The position numbers were made by a program, and so were the translations under genes. A stretch of DNA of 64,000 nucleotides from a virus (taxonomy: Duplodnaviria; Caudoviricetes), in IMG/VR virus record IMGVR_UViG_3300046528_000065, positions 25,164-89,163 of that record. One strand, given 5' to 3'. A model generated the notes under the pieces. It did no database searches. It was not told where the DNA came from and saw nothing but the letters and a program-made list of their open reading frames with translations. Positions 60,081-64,000 of this stretch are shown here, piece after piece (the stretch's first letter is position 1; every line of letters starts with the position of its first letter).

Positions 60081-61081
60081 AGTTTCACTCCGTATTTGTC
60101 AAGTTCTTCATCAAGGATAAATTTGTAGTCGTCACTGGTCATCATCCTGGACATGACGCAGTTCTCGTTCAGCACGTATCGTGCATCGACTTCAATTTCA
60201 TCACCACGCCAGCCTGTAATGACGCGAGGTTCAGGGTAGAGTTTGTTGTAGATAGCAATCGTCGCTTCCCATGCTTCCTTCTCGTTCTTGCAGTCCTTCA
60301 GTGCCTTGTACGCGCTCTTGTCGCCCCACTTCTTTTCAGGACACGCAGAGTTGGCCCAGTACTCGTCAGAATCATCTCCACTGCAAACCTGAAAGAGCCA
60401 CCACAAATACCCGTGCCCTTTTACATCACCTTTGTCATTGAGATGCAGGGCACCAAATCCCTCAATTTGGAACGGCTGCTCCATACTGTTGTGGATATAA
60501 AATTTAAGATTGTTACCAAAATAATCCTTGTCCACTCCGGCGAGAATCAAGTCAGGGTTCTCGGTACAGTCAATCACACATTGATCGTCCGCCTCTTTAC
60601 CTCGCACTACTTTGGCGTGATGCTCCTTGATTAAGTACTTCTCAATATCGTCGAGGTAGATTGGCTTCATGAGTGCAGCCCTGCTCCCCTTGTACTTAAC
60701 AATTGTGGATGCCTCTACTCGCCAACTGTCCCCTTTACCGATGTAGCCGTAGTAGTCATCTGCACAAAGCTGCGACTGGATTCCTATGATATGGTTCTTA
60801 ACAGTCTTGAGTGCGAACGCCAGCGGTTCTTTTGCCTCTTGCCTGTCGGTGAACTCGAAGTCCTCCACTTTGAACAGCGGCAAACCTCTCTCTGCGCGGT
60901 GAGCATTAAGCTCAGCAAGATATCCGCCTGCCTTCTTCTTATGATGCCCGTAAAATTCGGTACGGTTGGCATAATTCTTAACCTTGCCAGATTCTTTATG
61001 CAGAACATCAACGGTACGCTTCTCACACACCCCGGCAATTTGGTACTTGATATAGTCCATATCAAATAGTGCTGTTGTCAT
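60077..61081 (-). CDS. 5'-3' exonuclease (FEN/RNase H-like)
   Basis: LFDMD, YKGSR, EADD, VDKD, GDDSD...GDKSA. Confidence 0.85.
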   Translation of the reverse strand: MTTALFDMDYIKYQIAGVCEKRTVDVLHKESGKVKNYANRTEFYGHHKKKAGGYLAELNAHRAERGLPLFKVEDFEFTDRQEAKEPLAFALKTVKNHIIGIQSQLCADDYYGYIGKGDSWRVEASTIVKYKGSRAALMKPIYLDDIEKYLIKEHHAKVVRGKEADDQCVIDCTENPDLILAGVDKDYFGNNLKFYIHNSMEQPFQIEGFGALHLNDKGDVKGHGYLWWLFQVCSGDDSDEYWANSACPEKKWGDKSAYKALKDCKNEKEAWEATIAIYNKLYPEPRVITGWRGDEIEVDARYVLNENCVMSRMMTSDDYKFILDEELDKYGVKL

Positions 61082-61854
61082 TACATCTCCCAGTAGCTTT
61101 TTGGGCCAAGTGGTTTTGTCTCGTTTGCAAACTCTTCTGCTTCGATACCAATCTTTTGGAGGCATTCGTAAGCATTGCTTGGCATAGCAACAGGTTGTTC
61201 TGTGGTCGTGATTTCAATGTCTGAGAACATCTCTAATGCTGCGTCAATCGAGAATTCCTTGTCCGTCTCAATTTTAGCCTTCTCACCGTACTGCCCACCA
61301 ATGGCTGCTGCCAACTCGTCCCACGATGTCAGTTCAACACGCTGGCAAGCAAGGCCAATACGCAACAGGTCACTCTTACCAATCTTGTATCCACGATCCT
61401 GGTATTTGAGCACGCGCATCAGCGAGCCGTACGGATACCGAGTTCCGCTGTGAAAGCGGAGGAATCGTTGCGAGGCGTGCTTCAGGAAGTCCTCACTGAA
61501 CACAAACTCTTTCTTGTCGAGGTCATATGCTGCCATACACACGGTGAAATCAAAGGCGTCAAACACTTCTTCAGTGGTAGGGAAGAAGTCAAAATGCATT
61601 AGCTGGATAACATTATCATGATTCACAAAAGTGACAGCACGGTCAGTAGCAGCAACACACCACATACTATCTTCATATGCCTGTGCCACGGCATTGATGA
61701 AGTCTTCTTTTGATTTGAAATAAAAATCGACATCGTTAATTGGCATACCTGTGAATGCGGAAGTGAGAGCGCCGCCTGCGATGAATGCCCCCTGTGGCTG
61801 GAAGCGAGATGCTGCGTTAAGAATGTTGTCTAACTCTTTCTTGTGTTGGTTCAT
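61081..61854 (-). CDS. Pol-beta superfamily nucleotidyltransferase (CCA/poly(A) polymerase head-like)
   Basis: IAGGALTS....NDVDFYF, FDFTVCMAA, RVLKYQDRGY. Confidence 0.7.
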   Translation of the reverse strand: MNQHKKELDNILNAASRFQPQGAFIAGGALTSAFTGMPINDVDFYFKSKEDFINAVAQAYEDSMWCVAATDRAVTFVNHDNVIQLMHFDFFPTTEEVFDAFDFTVCMAAYDLDKKEFVFSEDFLKHASQRFLRFHSGTRYPYGSLMRVLKYQDRGYKIGKSDLLRIGLACQRVELTSWDELAAAIGGQYGEKAKIETDKEFSIDAALEMFSDIEITTTEQPVAMPSNAYECLQKIGIEAEEFANETKPLGPKSYWEM

Positions 61855-61934
61855 TTTTTCCTCCTTTGGATAAAACAAAAGCCCCACCCCTCTCGGAGCA
61901 GGGCTAAGATCAACTTAGAATGTTGTCAAAAAGA

Positions 61935-62990
61935 TCAGAAAGGCACGTCATCGTCCATGTCGGAGAAGTTAGCAGCAGGCTTCTTAGGGGCGACAGCTTT
62001 CGGGGCCATAGATTCTTGGACAACAGAACCCTCAACTCCAGGTTGACCATTGGGATACTTGGTACGAATCTCCAGCAGGTCACGATCACTGTCCTGAATC
62101 TTTGCAGAGATTTCACGGGCCTTCTCGATCAGCTCTTTTTCGCCATCCTTGCCATTTCGCTCAACAACAGCCTCTTGCATTTTTGAACCTTCGTACTCTT
62201 CTGCGAGGACGATTTTACGCAGGTCCGCCAGTCGGATAAGATCGAATTTCGACACACCACCAAACTCTTCCTTTTCGCCCAGCAAATCTGCATCGTCAAA
62301 ACCAACCGACACAGCGGGCATGAGGGCAGCATCCGGCTTCATTCCCTTAGCCAGCGGCACAGGCGACTTCAGCTTAGTATTCACATACTTCTTATCGTCC
62401 TTCTCCTGCACCTTGACTTCCAGATTAAACATAAAGGGCTTGCCCAGCAGTTCAGAAATGTCATTCAGCTTACCATTCTTGTAGTCAGCCTTGAAGATGG
62501 TGTCAGCCACTTTCGTGCCGTCTTCATACTTAGTGACGCCAGCAATCTTGTAGAAGTTGGACGTACTAGCGAGCACCCAAGGACGACCTTTGATGTACGC
62601 ATTTGTCTTCGGATCACGAGGAGCAACAGTGGTGAAATTCAGGCCATCGGACATGCCGCGATTAACAGGGTGTAGAGGCAGGCGAATATTCTTCACACCA
62701 ATATCACCTTCGTAATCATGGGTTTGGTCGAGCAGATCGATGTAGCAGCCAATCTTCTGTTCGACAGCACCGGCTTTAGGCCACAGGATTTTGTCCTGGC
62801 CCGTGTCATCGTCTTTCTCACGATTGCCAGCGTTGTCCTTGGCAAACTTAGGCAGCTTCTTGTGGCTACCCAGATCAACGAGCAGGCCCACTTGGACGGA
62901 CACAAGGCCCTCTTCAGGGATGATTGGGACGAACGCTTTCTGTTCAGTGTTTTCGTTACGTGCAGGCGCATTAATATTGCGAGGCTTCAT
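61935..62990 (-). CDS. Putative single-stranded DNA-binding protein
   Basis: LVDLG, LLGKPFMF motifs and acidic C-terminus DMDDDVPF. Confidence 0.65.
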   Translation of the reverse strand: MKPRNINAPARNENTEQKAFVPIIPEEGLVSVQVGLLVDLGSHKKLPKFAKDNAGNREKDDDTGQDKILWPKAGAVEQKIGCYIDLLDQTHDYEGDIGVKNIRLPLHPVNRGMSDGLNFTTVAPRDPKTNAYIKGRPWVLASTSNFYKIAGVTKYEDGTKVADTIFKADYKNGKLNDISELLGKPFMFNLEVKVQEKDDKKYVNTKLKSPVPLAKGMKPDAALMPAVSVGFDDADLLGEKEEFGGVSKFDLIRLADLRKIVLAEEYEGSKMQEAVVERNGKDGEKELIEKAREISAKIQDSDRDLLEIRTKYPNGQPGVEGSVVQESMAPKAVAPKKPAANFSDMDDDVPF

Positions 62991-63071
62991 TTAGTTTTCC
63001 TTTAAGTTAGATTATGCACACAAGCCTGTGCAGGCGTTGCACCTAAGAATGTACGTGCGACACTAGAACTC

Positions 63072-64000
63072 TTATACGTAACTACTATGCAGCACGCTGT
63101 CATCAGTACTATCCAGCAGTGTGGCTTGTATAGTTGCATTGACAGGCAAACCACCAGCTTCTAGCAGAATCTCCAAGCGGCTTGCTACAACCTCCATTAC
63201 AGCGTCCTCAAACTCCTCCTGCGTATCGAACGTAACCATCAATCCTCCTTAAAATTATCTACACAAGCTTCCAAAGCTCATCCTCAATATCCTTCAGACT
63301 CTTCTCGCCCATCAACGCGAACACATCAAACTCGTCAATCATCACGCTTTCGATATCAATTTCTCCGTCGAATCCTGGCTCGTCCTGTGTAGCGTCATAA
63401 GGAGGATACCATGTGAAATAGATCGTCATAGGAACGCCCTTTACAGTGATGTCCCTTACTACTGGCTTTGCGTCAGCCATTCATATGCCTCCTTTACGTT
63501 GTCCCAATGGCGTATTGTCTCTTACAAGAACGTTCGCCAGTTTTCCTTCGCGTATCTCCACTCATCCTCAAAGTAGTCTTTCCAGAGCAATACGCGAATT
63601 TTAATGTTTAGCCACAGCATTGGTGGGAGCCACATTACTTCTTGCTCACGTTGTAGTGTGTCAGAAGCACCCTTGCAACATCCATGCAGTAGTCCTCGTG
63701 CAAACTGAACACGTTATCGACTAGGAACACTGCAAGTGCACGTGTATCTTGCTCCTGCTTCTCCCATTCGACAGCTTCAGTCTCTGTGTCAAACACTGTG
63801 CCATCTTCAGCTTGGTAGACAATTTTCATTCGGCCTCCAGGGTGTTCATTTTGTCGAGCGTATTTTCCAGGTTGCGAAGCTGCTCCTCGTAATCCTCAAT
63901 TTCACCTTTGTGAAACTCAATATCTGCTAGAAGATCATTCTTACGATTGATGATCTGCCTCTTCGTCATCACACGAATTTCGTTCATTGTTTGATTCCTC
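63072..64000 (-). CDS. Small hypothetical proteins (63072-63239, 63259-63480, 63635-63829, partial ORF from 63826 to the window edge)
   Basis: ORFs with SD sequences; last one truncated by the window. Confidence 0.55.

Overview
The window is a 64-kb segment of a tailed dsDNA phage with a long non-contractile tail (1840-aa tape measure, no sheath gene). The head module follows the order terL, portal, S49 protease, scaffold, decoration protein, major capsid protein. Layout: (1) 1-10400, + strand early/accessory genes behind about 7 sigma70-like promoters, including DUF262, an ArdA-like protein and a lipoprotein, interrupted by an inverted GIY-YIG cassette; (2) 10400-11676, a 1.27-kb non-coding convergence zone with a G-rich strand; (3) 11677-19000, a - strand block with a serine recombinase, an HNH::recombinase-tail chimera, a paralog array, SLOG, HD hydrolase, ClpP, DUF4326 and PhoH; (4) 19100-20700, a putative terS and an RNA island with one atypical tRNA and several structured ncRNA candidates; (5) 20747-50718, packaging, head, accessory virion, tail and lysis genes; (6) 50874-64000, - strand nucleotide metabolism and replication genes (class II RNR, glutaredoxin, dUTPase, phosphoesterase, exonuclease, nucleotidyltransferase, SSB-like). 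The strongest novelty candidate is an intact serine recombinase next to a paralog whose catalytic domain is replaced by an HNH nuclease. The two genes share a motif in their leaders and sit beside repeated TCCA/TGGA dyads. All annotations come from motif recognition and hand alignment only; no searches or folding programs were run.
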